Of a stretch of DNA of 38,426 nt, positions 15,299-23,864 are shown in pieces (the first letter of the stretch is position 1; every line of letters starts with the position of its first letter). The translations under genes and the position numbers were made by a program. The stretch covers positions 1 to 38,426 of the IMG/VR virus record IMGVR_UViG_3300049137_000136; one strand, given 5' to 3'. The stretch is from a virus. Its lineage: Duplodnaviria > Caudoviricetes. Under the pieces are notes generated by a model. The model saw only the letters and a program-made list of their open reading frames with translations. It searched no databases and was not told where the DNA came from.

Positions 15299-15850
15299 AT
15301 GAACACCACCGCAGCCGCCATCCAGGCCAACGTCACCGTCGCCACCATCCGCACCTGGTGCCGCCGCGGCGTCATCGCCGCCGTCAAGGCCGCCGGCCGC
15401 TGGGTTGTCGACGCCGTCTCCCTCACCCGCCGCATCGCCATCGGCGCGATGAAGCGCCCCGCTCGCCAGGAGAGGACGCCCGTGATCGACCTGACCGCCA
15501 CCTACACCTTCACCCACGCCGGTGACACCGAGCCCACCACCATCACCCCCACCGTGAAGCGCCGCACCACCTCCGACGGCGCCTCCCTGATCACCGTCTC
15601 CGGTCTCGCCCCCCTCTTCGCCGATCGGTTCGACGCCATCTCCGACGACGGCGACCGCATCCACGCCCTCACCGTCTTCCGCAGTGCCCGCATCGTCATC
15701 AGCGACACCTACGACGCCGACTGGGACGGCGACCCGCAGGCCCGCGAGGGCGGCCAGCTCCGCACCACGTACCGCGGCGGCGCCGCCGGCATCACGGTCG
15801 ACGACGTCCTCGGTCTCGCAGCCCAGCTCCGCACCCAGCTCGCCCCCTGA
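15299..15850 (+). CDS. N-terminal HTH (Xis/MerR-like) protein with unknown C-terminal domain
   Basis: 'MNTTAAA..ANVTVATIRTWCRRG.IAAVK.AGRWVVD'; GGGAGG RBS. Confidence 0.8.
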   Translation: MNTTAAAIQANVTVATIRTWCRRGVIAAVKAAGRWVVDAVSLTRRIAIGAMKRPARQERTPVIDLTATYTFTHAGDTEPTTITPTVKRRTTSDGASLITVSGLAPLFADRFDAISDDGDRIHALTVFRSARIVISDTYDADWDGDPQAREGGQLRTTYRGGAAGITVDDVLGLAAQLRTQLAP

Positions 15851-15868
15851 CCGAAAGAAGCGACCTTC

Positions 15869-16051
15869 ATGACGGACAACGCGTCTCCCGAGCAGATCCG
15901 CACCATCAGGCAGCTACTGCGCCAGCAGGCCCTCGACGGGGAAGCCGGCACGGTCGGCTTCTTCAAGGGCCCCACCGACCCGGACGGCATCGCCGCCCTC
16001 ACCCGGGACGAAGCCGACCTGTACATCGACTCCCTCCGAGGTGACTACTGA
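15869..16051 (+). CDS. Small hypothetical protein
   Basis: 60 aa, 'ASPEQIRTIRQLL...LTRDEADLYIDSL'; TGATG coupling to the next gene. Confidence 0.7.
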   Translation: MTDNASPEQIRTIRQLLRQQALDGEAGTVGFFKGPTDPDGIAALTRDEADLYIDSLRGDY

Positions 16052-16881
16052 TGACGCTCGTCAAGCTGGCCATCCACGAGGGCCGCGCGCCGGTCGAAGT
16101 CGACCTCGACACCCTGACCCCGAAGGCCCGCGCCCTGGCCGAAGCCATCCACATGTCCTTCGGCCACCAGCCACTCGGCGTGCTCTGCGACACCGGCAGG
16201 ACCAAGGGAGAACGCCCGAACCACCGCTACATGCACGGCACAGGCCCGGAAGCCGACCGCATCGGCGCCGAGCCTGACCTACGCTTCATGACCAACCTGG
16301 AGCCGCTCCCGCGGAACGCCGAGACGACGCCGGAGGAGTGGCTGGAGTACAACGCCCGGCAGATGCCCCACGACGCCTGGCCGATCGCCGGCGCGAAAAG
16401 CCGCATGGAACCCCTCGACGAGCGGGTGCCGTCAGCAGACGCAGCGCGTGAGGACCGGTGTCTGACCCGGGACCAGTCCCTGCGCTACCTGGGAGAGCGC
16501 GGCATCGTCGTCAGTAACGACGCGTGGATCATGTTGCAGAAGGCAGGCAACGCACCGCAACCGCGCCACTATGCCCTCAACGGACGGATGCCGCTGTGGC
16601 ACGTCGATGACCTCGACGCTTACGCCACCCGGGACTACGAGCGCTGGCCGATCAGCTGGGTTGCCGAATATCTCGGCTACGAGGGAGAGTCCGCGACCGG
16701 CAGCGCCCGCAAGCAGCTCTCCCGCTGGGGGCTGCACGCGGTGGGCCGGGCGCCGGGGCGCGGCGGCGAGAGCCTGTACGCGGCCGACCAGGTGCAGGCG
16801 GCGCACTCCGCTCGTCCGGGGAAGGGGCGTCACGGTGCCATTCGAGAAGGGGGCCGGTTCACCGCATCCAGCAAGCCCTGA
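16051..16881 (+). CDS. Protein with two C-terminal AlpA/MerR-like wHTH modules, probable autoregulator
   Basis: 'LTRDQ...YL...APQP...MPLWHVDDLDAY' and 'W....VAEYLGY......ARKQLSRWG....SLYAADQV'. Confidence 0.7.
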   Translation: MTLVKLAIHEGRAPVEVDLDTLTPKARALAEAIHMSFGHQPLGVLCDTGRTKGERPNHRYMHGTGPEADRIGAEPDLRFMTNLEPLPRNAETTPEEWLEYNARQMPHDAWPIAGAKSRMEPLDERVPSADAAREDRCLTRDQSLRYLGERGIVVSNDAWIMLQKAGNAPQPRHYALNGRMPLWHVDDLDAYATRDYERWPISWVAEYLGYEGESATGSARKQLSRWGLHAVGRAPGRGGESLYAADQVQAAHSARPGKGRHGAIREGGRFTASSKP

Positions 16882-16902
16882 CCTGTCCCCGGACGCGATG
16901 AA

Positions 16903-16940
16903 GCGCCCCGCTCCCCTGCCGAAGCAGGAGGGCGGGGCGC
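16903..16940. terminator. Bidirectional terminator ending the late operon
   Basis: GCGCCCCGCTC...CCTGC-CGAA-GCAGG...GGGCGGGGCGC between convergent genes. Confidence 0.75.
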
Positions 16941-16946
16941 CGTCGT

Positions 16947-17123
16947 TCACGCGGTCTCGTCGGGTGCCGGCGGTTCGGGCGACGGCTCGGGCGACGGGGC
17001 AGGGCTCGGCTCCGGGGCTGGGCCGGGCGTCGGCTCGGGCTCGGCCTCACCGATGTCGACCAAACTGCCCGTGTCGGCCTCGTTGTCGTTCGGCCTGGGC
17101 TCTACAGGGGTCGGGTCAGGCAT
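16947..17123 (-). CDS. Pro/Glu-rich small protein, last gene of the lysis cassette
   Basis: 58 aa MPDPTPVEP...; GGAG RBS; PEPS-type repeats. Confidence 0.55.
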   Translation of the reverse strand: MPDPTPVEPRPNDNEADTGSLVDIGEAEPEPTPGPAPEPSPAPSPEPSPEPPAPDETA

Positions 17124-17125
17124 GA

Positions 17126-17488
17126 TCACACTCCAGTTCGGTAGTACTCGTCGACCAGCGGATGAGCTGGCTCCGGCTCGATACCGGCGCGGTGCATCTG
17201 CCGCGCCCACCGGTCCGTCGTCGATGCGAATGCCCGCAGCATCGCCTCCAGCCGCGACATGCGGCCCCGCAGCTGGCCGTTCTCCTCGTCGACCCGCTTC
17301 ACCGTCGCCTCCAGCACCGCGAGGTTCGCGGACTGCTGCGCGGGCGCCGCGTTCGCGCGGGCCGCGGCCTCCGTAGCGGCGGCCGTCGCCTTGGCGGCGT
17401 CCCGGGTGGCCCGGGATATCCACCAGCTGCCCCCGCCGAGGACGCTTCCGGCGGCGGCGAGGACTGCTGCCCATTCGGCCACGTTCAT
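17126..17488 (-). CDS. Single-TM coiled-coil membrane protein (lysis accessory)
   Basis: N-terminal hydrophobic helix then a heptad-rich region; TGATG coupling. Confidence 0.75.
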   Translation of the reverse strand: MNVAEWAAVLAAAGSVLGGGSWWISRATRDAAKATAAATEAAARANAAPAQQSANLAVLEATVKRVDEENGQLRGRMSRLEAMLRAFASTTDRWARQMHRAGIEPEPAHPLVDEYYRTGV

Positions 17489-17928
17489 CAGGCCCTGCCT
17501 CTCTGGGGCCGCGGAGCTGGGGGGACCGAGTACTCGGGCACCGTGGCCGCCCAACAGATGACCCCGATGTGCGAGGTCAGGTACCAGAGTGCGACGAACC
17601 CGCCGCGGGAGTAGCCGTTGGTGACGACGGCGTAGGTGTAGGCGATCGTCCACACCGTGGGGGGAGCGAGTGCGGCGAGGAAGCCGAGTTTGTCGCGGCC
17701 GATCCGCAGGAACGCGGATCCGAGGGTGGTGAGGCCGCAGACGATCCACAGCCAGGACCACTGGCGCAGGTCACCGAACCGCGTGAGGAGCTGCAGACCG
17801 CGGTCGGCGGTAGGGGGTGTCAGCAGGAACGAGAGGCCGTAGCAGGTCTTGCCGACACCGAGGATGAGGAGGAACACGCCGCGGCGGCCCAGGGCCTTGT
17901 GTAGCCGCCGGGTCGCACGGCACGGCAT
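17488..17928 (-). CDS. Four-TM membrane protein (lysis cassette)
   Basis: Four hydrophobic segments; coupled to the holin-like gene. Confidence 0.75.
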   Translation of the reverse strand: MPCRATRRLHKALGRRGVFLLILGVGKTCYGLSFLLTPPTADRGLQLLTRFGDLRQWSWLWIVCGLTTLGSAFLRIGRDKLGFLAALAPPTVWTIAYTYAVVTNGYSRGGFVALWYLTSHIGVICWAATVPEYSVPPAPRPQRGRA

Positions 17929-18290
17929 CAGATGGCCCGCGGCGGTTCGGTGGCGGCCGGCGCGGACGGTCGGGCCGGGGCGATCTGCCCGCGGGTCAGC
18001 AGGGCGAGGCTGGTGAGCACGACCGCGTTGACGGCGCCGATCTTCTCCGTGGACAGCTCCAGGCCGTAGGCGGCGAGCAGCGCGGCGACCGCGGCAACGA
18101 GGCCGGTGAACGCTGACGGGGCGATGGGCCGGGTGACGGCGGCGGTGGCCGCGGCGAACACGGCGCTGATGACGGCGACGATCGCGCCGGCCTGCTCGGC
18201 GGACAGGCCGAAGCCGAACGTGACGAGCAGCGACAGGCCCGCGCTGACGGTGGCGATGATGAGCGCGGGCTCGCGTCCGAAGATGCGCAT
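17928..18290 (-). CDS. Holin-like membrane protein
   Basis: 'MRIFGREPA' start, ~4 TM helices, immediately after the endolysin; AAGGAGG RBS. Confidence 0.75.
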   Translation of the reverse strand: MRIFGREPALIIATVSAGLSLLVTFGFGLSAEQAGAIVAVISAVFAAATAAVTRPIAPSAFTGLVAAVAALLAAYGLELSTEKIGAVNAVVLTSLALLTRGQIAPARPSAPAATEPPRAI

Positions 18291-18292
18291 GG

Positions 18293-19213
18293 TCACGCCT
18301 CCTTGCTGAGCTTGTCGACGGCGGCCTGGAGGGCGGCGACCTGCTTCGCGAGGTTCTTCACGAGGGAGTTCGTCTCGCGGTCCTGGAGGAAGCCGTAGCG
18401 GAGGTAGCTCTCGGCGGTCCAGTGGCGGTTGCCCTGCTTGTCCTTGTCGCCGTCGGGCGACGAGAGGACGCCGTCCGTGGTGAACAGGGTCTTGACGTCG
18501 TTCTTGTCGGCCACGAGGGGCTCCTTGGTGGTGGTCTTGCCGGGGGCCGTGGCGCCCGGGCTCCAGGACGCCGGGTGCTTGAGTCGCTCGGCGACGTCGG
18601 CGCGGAACTGCCGCGGGGTGAAGTCGAACCGGCCGCGGGCGCCGTAGCCCTCGACCGGGCCGCGGGGGTCGACCTTGCCCTCGACGCTGGTCTCCTTGTG
18701 GCAGCCGACCGACTCGGCTGACCATCCGTACTCGCGGCAGATCGCGGCGTTGATGCGGACCCACGCGTCGTACTGGGCTCGCGGGTACACGTCCCGGCCG
18801 TCACCGAGGTTCTCGGTCTCGATGCCGTAGGAGATGTCGTTGCCGTCGATCGTGCCGCTCGCCCGGGACGGCGCCGGGTGCGTGGACTTCTCGTCGCGGA
18901 AGGACTGGTAGGCGTTGACCGCCATCGGCCCGGCGTGGTTCGCGCGGCCGGCCGAGCACATGGTGGCGACGCCGTCCTTCGCCAGGTGGATGTGCGCGAG
19001 GGGCGGCGGGAGGCCCGGGACGCCGGTCTCGGCGACGATGCCGAGGGAGTTCCGGCCAGCGGTGTGGTGGTTGAGGATCATGCGGACCGGCCCGAAGGCG
19101 AGCCCGGTCTCGTCGTCGCGCTCGCGGGTGCGCCATCCCGGGTACTCGGAGACCTTCACGCCCTCCGCGCGCAGGATGGCGATGAACCGGTCCGGGGACA
19201 GGGGTGTAGCCAT
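18293..19213 (-). CDS. Endolysin, N-acetylmuramoyl-L-alanine amidase (Amidase_2 type)
   Basis: 'NHHTAG', 'GRANHAG', 'GIETEN', 'HKE...GKVDP' zinc-amidase motifs. Confidence 0.92.
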   Translation of the reverse strand: MATPLSPDRFIAILRAEGVKVSEYPGWRTRERDDETGLAFGPVRMILNHHTAGRNSLGIVAETGVPGLPPPLAHIHLAKDGVATMCSAGRANHAGPMAVNAYQSFRDEKSTHPAPSRASGTIDGNDISYGIETENLGDGRDVYPRAQYDAWVRINAAICREYGWSAESVGCHKETSVEGKVDPRGPVEGYGARGRFDFTPRQFRADVAERLKHPASWSPGATAPGKTTTKEPLVADKNDVKTLFTTDGVLSSPDGDKDKQGNRHWTAESYLRYGFLQDRETNSLVKNLAKQVAALQAAVDKLSKEA

Positions 19214-19231
19214 ACAGGCTCCTGAAATGGG

Positions 19232-19250
19232 AAAAGCCCCGGTCCGGGGC
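19232..19250 (-). terminator. Terminator-like hairpin between tail genes and lysin
   Basis: Minus strand AGCCCCGGACCGGGGCT followed by TTTCCCATTT. Confidence 0.5.
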
Positions 19251-19276
19251 TGCGTGCTGCGGGTGGGGGCGTGGGG

Positions 19277-19897
19277 TCAGAGGCTGGCGAAGCACCCGTT
19301 GAAGCCGATCCACGGCGGCTTGGCCGTGCTGGTGATGCCGTAGAGGATGAGCTGGCCGGCGGGCGTGATGTCGAGCTTCATCGTGATGCGGTCGCTGGAG
19401 ACGTCGCTACAGGGCACGACGATGGTCCGCAGTGTCGACGGCCGGGCGCTGGCGGGGAGCGTGGTCGTGTTGAGGGTGAAGCTGCCGGGGATCGTGCTCG
19501 GGTAGGAGTCGCGGCTGATGCCGCCCCGGAGCATGATGCTGTCCTCGCCTGCGAAGTTCACGATGCGGTACTGGAAGTTGCCCTGGCTGTTCCCGTTGTG
19601 GCTCCAGCCGGACGCCAGCGGCACCGTGGTCCAGGCCCGGGTACCGACGGACACCACGACCCAGGCGCCTTCGGAGCGGAGCTCCAGGCGCTTCACGTCG
19701 TCGAGCCACGTGAGCGTGCCGTCGACGGGCGCCTGCGCGCCGACGAGGGTGGCGCTGCGAGCGGACGCAGAGGCGAACCGCATCACACCGCGCGGGATGA
19801 CGCCGGCAGCGAGCAGCTTCACAGCGTCGGGGATGCTGGGGGCGTCGGTCATCTGCCAGATGCCGATGCCCTGTCCGTACTGGTCAAGGTCGGGCAC
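19277..19897 (-). CDS. Minor tail / fibre protein
   Basis: 'VMRFASASARSATL' motif; C-terminal beta-rich 'LPASARP' domain; last tail gene. Confidence 0.75.
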   Translation of the reverse strand: MPDLDQYGQGIGIWQMTDAPSIPDAVKLLAAGVIPRGVMRFASASARSATLVGAQAPVDGTLTWLDDVKRLELRSEGAWVVVSVGTRAWTTVPLASGWSHNGNSQGNFQYRIVNFAGEDSIMLRGGISRDSYPSTIPGSFTLNTTTLPASARPSTLRTIVVPCSDVSSDRITMKLDITPAGQLILYGITSTAKPPWIGFNGCFASL

Positions 19898-19909
19898 GCG
19901 GCCCCCTTT

Positions 19910-20536
19910 CTAGATGAGCCGGTAGTGGCTGGCCACGTCGTACTGGGCCCACTTCTGGCCGGTGGTCGACAAGGTGGCCGTGAAGTCGCCCAAGGTGACG
20001 TTGCCGTTGGGGAAGAGGGTCATGACGCCGTGGATGCCGGTGATGATCTGCACGGTGTAGCGGACCTGGGACGCTGGCCTGGCCTCGGTGGGCAGCGTGG
20101 CGACGACCGCGCCCGACGTGAGGGTGCCGGACATGACGGCCAGCCCGGACAGGCTCGCGGTACCGTCGTCCCATATCCGGTAGGCGGGCTCGTAGTAGGG
20201 GCTCAGACGTGACCAGCCGGAGGCCAAGGGCAGCGTCGTCCATGTTCGGGTTGCCGTGGCGGTGCGGCCCCACGCGAGCCAGTTCCCAGCTGAGTTCTGG
20301 TCGATGACGATGACGTCGCCGACGGCGGGCAGCGAGTAGGTGGGCATGCACCGGACTGCAGGGATGCCGTCAACGTCGACGGTCCCGTCGGAGCCGACGG
20401 CCGTGACGGTGGCGAGCCGCCAGTCCGAGCCGCGGACCGACGGGGCCCTCTCCCCCGCTCTGGTCGCCTGCTGCTTGAGGGCCCAGGCGAGGTCGCGGTG
20501 CACGGCGGGCGCCGGCCGGCTGGGCAGCGTCGTCAC
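19910..20536 (-). CDS. Minor tail protein
   Basis: 'ATVTAVGSDGTVDV..Y..PAVGDV' OB-like N-terminus; 'TLPTEARP' C-terminal domain. Confidence 0.75.
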   Translation of the reverse strand: MTTLPSRPAPAVHRDLAWALKQQATRAGERAPSVRGSDWRLATVTAVGSDGTVDVDGIPAVRCMPTYSLPAVGDVIVIDQNSAGNWLAWGRTATATRTWTTLPLASGWSRLSPYYEPAYRIWDDGTASLSGLAVMSGTLTSGAVVATLPTEARPASQVRYTVQIITGIHGVMTLFPNGNVTLGDFTATLSTTGQKWAQYDVASHYRLI

Positions 20537-21624
20537 GCGTCCTCCTTCGCCGAGATGGTGGAGATCGGCAGGTCGCCGTCCTGCGACAGCGGCACCGTGA
20601 ACGCGGCGACCTGATGGAGTTCGCGGCTGCCGTCCTCGTGGGTGACGCGGATGACGTCCCCCGCCTCCAGCGCCGGATTCGGCAGCGCGCTGATGTCGCC
20701 GCTCGCGTTGGGGGTCTTGGCCTGCTGCAGTTTCAGCGTGGCGGCCTGCTGGCAGGCGGCGAGCGTCGTCAACGTGCTGGAGCTGTAGAAGGTCGGCCGC
20801 CGGCCGAAGGGCCCGCCCCAGCGGGTGGGGCTGCCGGCGTCGTTGTCTACGGCCAGGTAGGAGACGGGGGGCGCGTTCTCCGAGGTGTTCTCGCCGCGGG
20901 CGAGCACGCCGTTGAAGACCTTGTCGCTGGACATCGCCCGGTTGGCCTTGATGTAGACGCCGCCTTCAGTGGCCTCCACCGCCCACACCGGCTCGGCCGT
21001 GAACAGGTCGGGCAGGCGGCCGATGGTAAAGACGCCGTCCGCATTGCAATACGCCTCGGCGCCGGCCGCCGCGGCGATCTCCTGAGCGCCTGCCCACGGA
21101 TCGGCCTCGATGTCGAAGATGCGGCGCCCGATCGGGGCGTCTTCGATCAGGCTGATGATGTCGGCGTCCGGGATCGACCGCTGGATGAGCGCGGTGACCG
21201 CGCCCACGACAGTGCCGCTGGCGGAGTACGGGGCGGTCAGCTTGTCGTCGGCGACGATCGCCGACAGGTCCTTGCCCTGCAGCTGCACCGGGCCCTCGTT
21301 GACGTCGCCGTCGACGCTGTCGAGCCGGAAGACTCCGAGGGGCACCAGCTCGCTGCTGCCGTCGCCGTACTCGACGCCGCGGCTGATCCGCAGCCGGGCC
21401 CCGTAGGTGGCGAGCTGGTCGGTCGGGGTGCGCGGGATCAGCGAGGGGTCGGCGACGGTGACGGTGCAGGTGCGGCGGATCGCCTGCCCGCGGTCCACCG
21501 TCACCGAGCCGCCGGTGTGCTCCAGCTCGAGGACGCGGCCGTCGGTCAGGAACAGCTGCACACGCGTGACCACGTGGTGCGACTCGGCGAGCCGGGCCAG
21601 GAACCGCTCCGAGACGGGGTACAC
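20533..21624 (-). CDS. Tail hub / Tal-like protein (DUF5047-like)
   Basis: 'GSVTVDRGQAIRRTCTVT', 'VPLGVFR', 'PNPALEAGDVI'; second gene after the tape measure. Confidence 0.8.
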   Translation of the reverse strand: MYPVSERFLARLAESHHVVTRVQLFLTDGRVLELEHTGGSVTVDRGQAIRRTCTVTVADPSLIPRTPTDQLATYGARLRISRGVEYGDGSSELVPLGVFRLDSVDGDVNEGPVQLQGKDLSAIVADDKLTAPYSASGTVVGAVTALIQRSIPDADIISLIEDAPIGRRIFDIEADPWAGAQEIAAAAGAEAYCNADGVFTIGRLPDLFTAEPVWAVEATEGGVYIKANRAMSSDKVFNGVLARGENTSENAPPVSYLAVDNDAGSPTRWGGPFGRRPTFYSSSTLTTLAACQQAATLKLQQAKTPNASGDISALPNPALEAGDVIRVTHEDGSRELHQVAAFTVPLSQDGDLPISTISAKEDA

Positions 21625-21628
21625 GGCA

Positions 21629-23854
21629 TCACCCCGTTCGGCGGTCGAGCAGCAGAGCCTCGCTGGTGGCGTACACCGGCAGCAGGTCAGCGCACGTGGC
21701 GAACTCGGTGACCAGGTCCTGCCAGGTCCGGCCGGCGGCGCCGTTGACGCCGGTGGTGACCGGCATGTCCTGCTCGGTCAGCGGCAGCGACCAGGCCCGC
21801 CACTCCTCCTGAGCGAGCGGGCTCACGCGCGCCTCCGTGACCTCGCCGACGGTGACGTACATGTCGGCGACGCCCATGCCCGACGCGGCCTGCCACAGCA
21901 GCGTGTTGCCGGAGTCCAGCAGCAGGTGCAGAGCCTCCCGCTCGGCGTCGGACCGGGTCCAGATGGCAAGGTCGCCCTCCAGGCCCTGCCGTCGGCCGGA
22001 CAAGATGACCTTGTTGCGGCGCCCGCGGACGACGTGCACCGCCTGCTCGATGGGTCGCTGCCAGTCCGGGGCCCGCTCCACCATGACCAAGCAGTTCCGC
22101 TGCGGGTTGCCGGGGTCCTTCAGCCACGCCGTGCTGATGTCGGCGAGCGTGAGCGTTACCGGTTCCGACGACCGGGTGAAAGCCAGCGCACCGGCGGGCG
22201 AGTGCACCTCGATGCGGTAGTGCACCGGCTGCCCGAGCGGAGCCTCATGGTCCTCGATGAGCATCGCGTCCGAGGTGATGACCTGCTGCACGATCAGCCC
22301 GTTGACTCCGCGGACCGGGGCCCGCTTGCCGTCCGGCGTCACCCGGTACACGGTGAGCAGGTAGTCGAGCGGGAGCTCCCGCAGCGTCAGCAGCACATAC
22401 CCGTCGTCGGGGCGAGCCTCCACCGCGGTCTGTGGCAGCACCTGCCACAGGGTGACCGCGTCCACGTGAAGGACGCTCCCGGCCGCCGACGCCGCGGGCA
22501 CCAGCTCGACGGCGGCCTGCGCCGCGGCCTCGGGGGCGACCGCGTCTGCGGCGCACGCGTACCAGCCGGTGCCCGCCAGCGCGTACCCGACACCGGTCGA
22601 GGCGCCGAGGTCGGCACCTCCGGCGTCGTACCACCGCACCCGGACGGTCACGCTCGCCCACGTGCCGCCCGCCGTGCGCATGATCGCCTGCGCGCGCCAG
22701 TTCACCCCGGGGGTGACCGGCCACCGCGCCGAGCGCACCGTCGACGTGGTCGCCGTCGACGAGGTGACGGCCAAGGCGTAGGCACCCTCGTAGAAGCTGC
22801 TCCCCCACGGGGTGGTCCGGGCCAGCGTCGCCACACCGGCAGCCGTCGACCAGCCAGCAACGCCCTGCTCGAAGCTGGAGTCCGCGTAGGGCAGCACGCT
22901 GCCCGTCACCAGCTTCGGCGCCACGGTGACGGCCACCGTCTCCAGCCGCAGCACCTGCCCCGCAGTCGCCCCGTCCAGGCCCGCAGCCACCGCGCAGGTG
23001 GCCGCCGCCGGAGGCGCCACCATGCTCGCCCGCTGCCGGTACAGGCCCGTGCCCGGTGCGGCGAGCGTCGACCGCTGTACCCCGACCTGGGTACCGGTCG
23101 AGTCGTAGAAGCGGAGCTCGATCCAGGCCGTGGAGGACGTCGTCGGCGGCTGCAGGTAGGCGTAGGCGATGTACTCGGTACCCGGCGTGACCGCGGGGCG
23201 GTCCACGGTCAGCGCGCTCGCGGTACCCGCAGCGGACGCGGTGACGGCCAGCACCTGGCCGCCCGCGACGTAGTTGGTGACGGCCCAGCCCATCGTCGGC
23301 GCCTGCCGGGAAATCGAGGCGTTGGCCCCGGCCGCCCAGCCGCTCAGATCGATCTCAGCCGACTCAGTATTGAAGTCGAACAAGTTGCCGAGGATTCTGA
23401 TCGGCAACCCGAAGTAGACGTTCTCCCAGTAGTGGTTGACCCCGGCGCCGGTCTCCGTGGACGACAGCAGCACCTGGGCAGTGGCCGCGTTCACCGGCGC
23501 CGGGCCGGCTACGGAGACCCGGTGCCAGCTGGCTGAGGCGGCCGTCGTGGTCAGCGACCATGTCACGCTGATCTCGGCGCCGGCCGCAGTCAGCCAGCGG
23601 ATTCCGATCCGCTCCGGCACCGCGCCCGCCGCGTCCGCGAACGCGTAGTACACGGTGCCGGGGGTGATCGGGTAGGAGGAGACGGTGCGGGCCTGCGTCT
23701 CCCCGGCCGCCACGCTCTTGACGACGAGGCAGCCGTCGCCGTTCCGGCCGCCCACGCCCTTCGCGAGGGTGGCGTTGAGTTTCGCCACCCAGCCCGACGT
23801 GTTCGGGTCGATGGACTCCGTCGTCGGGCTGAGGAAGTTCCCGGGGATCGCCAA
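21629..23854 (-). CDS. Distal-tail-like protein with three carbohydrate-binding-like modules
   Basis: First gene after the tape measure; three repeats starting GNFL..SGW, GNLF..SGW and GSVL..SFEQGVAGW; TTG start after GAGGAGG. Confidence 0.75.
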   Translation of the reverse strand: MAIPGNFLSPTTESIDPNTSGWVAKLNATLAKGVGGRNGDGCLVVKSVAAGETQARTVSSYPITPGTVYYAFADAAGAVPERIGIRWLTAAGAEISVTWSLTTTAASASWHRVSVAGPAPVNAATAQVLLSSTETGAGVNHYWENVYFGLPIRILGNLFDFNTESAEIDLSGWAAGANASISRQAPTMGWAVTNYVAGGQVLAVTASAAGTASALTVDRPAVTPGTEYIAYAYLQPPTTSSTAWIELRFYDSTGTQVGVQRSTLAAPGTGLYRQRASMVAPPAAATCAVAAGLDGATAGQVLRLETVAVTVAPKLVTGSVLPYADSSFEQGVAGWSTAAGVATLARTTPWGSSFYEGAYALAVTSSTATTSTVRSARWPVTPGVNWRAQAIMRTAGGTWASVTVRVRWYDAGGADLGASTGVGYALAGTGWYACAADAVAPEAAAQAAVELVPAASAAGSVLHVDAVTLWQVLPQTAVEARPDDGYVLLTLRELPLDYLLTVYRVTPDGKRAPVRGVNGLIVQQVITSDAMLIEDHEAPLGQPVHYRIEVHSPAGALAFTRSSEPVTLTLADISTAWLKDPGNPQRNCLVMVERAPDWQRPIEQAVHVVRGRRNKVILSGRRQGLEGDLAIWTRSDAEREALHLLLDSGNTLLWQAASGMGVADMYVTVGEVTEARVSPLAQEEWRAWSLPLTEQDMPVTTGVNGAAGRTWQDLVTEFATCADLLPVYATSEALLLDRRTG

Positions 23855-23864
23855 GGTGACCTCC

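Noticed and set aside
16960-17050. Short tandem repeats (GGCTCGG-like) as a CRISPR or other array
   Set aside because: They encode Pro/Glu repeats of a small protein; no spacers or cas genes
14517-20536. Tail-fibre inversion (Gin/Cin-like) system
   Set aside because: The recombinase is separated from the fibre genes by the lysis cassette, and no inverted crossover sites or reversed fibre cassettes were seen
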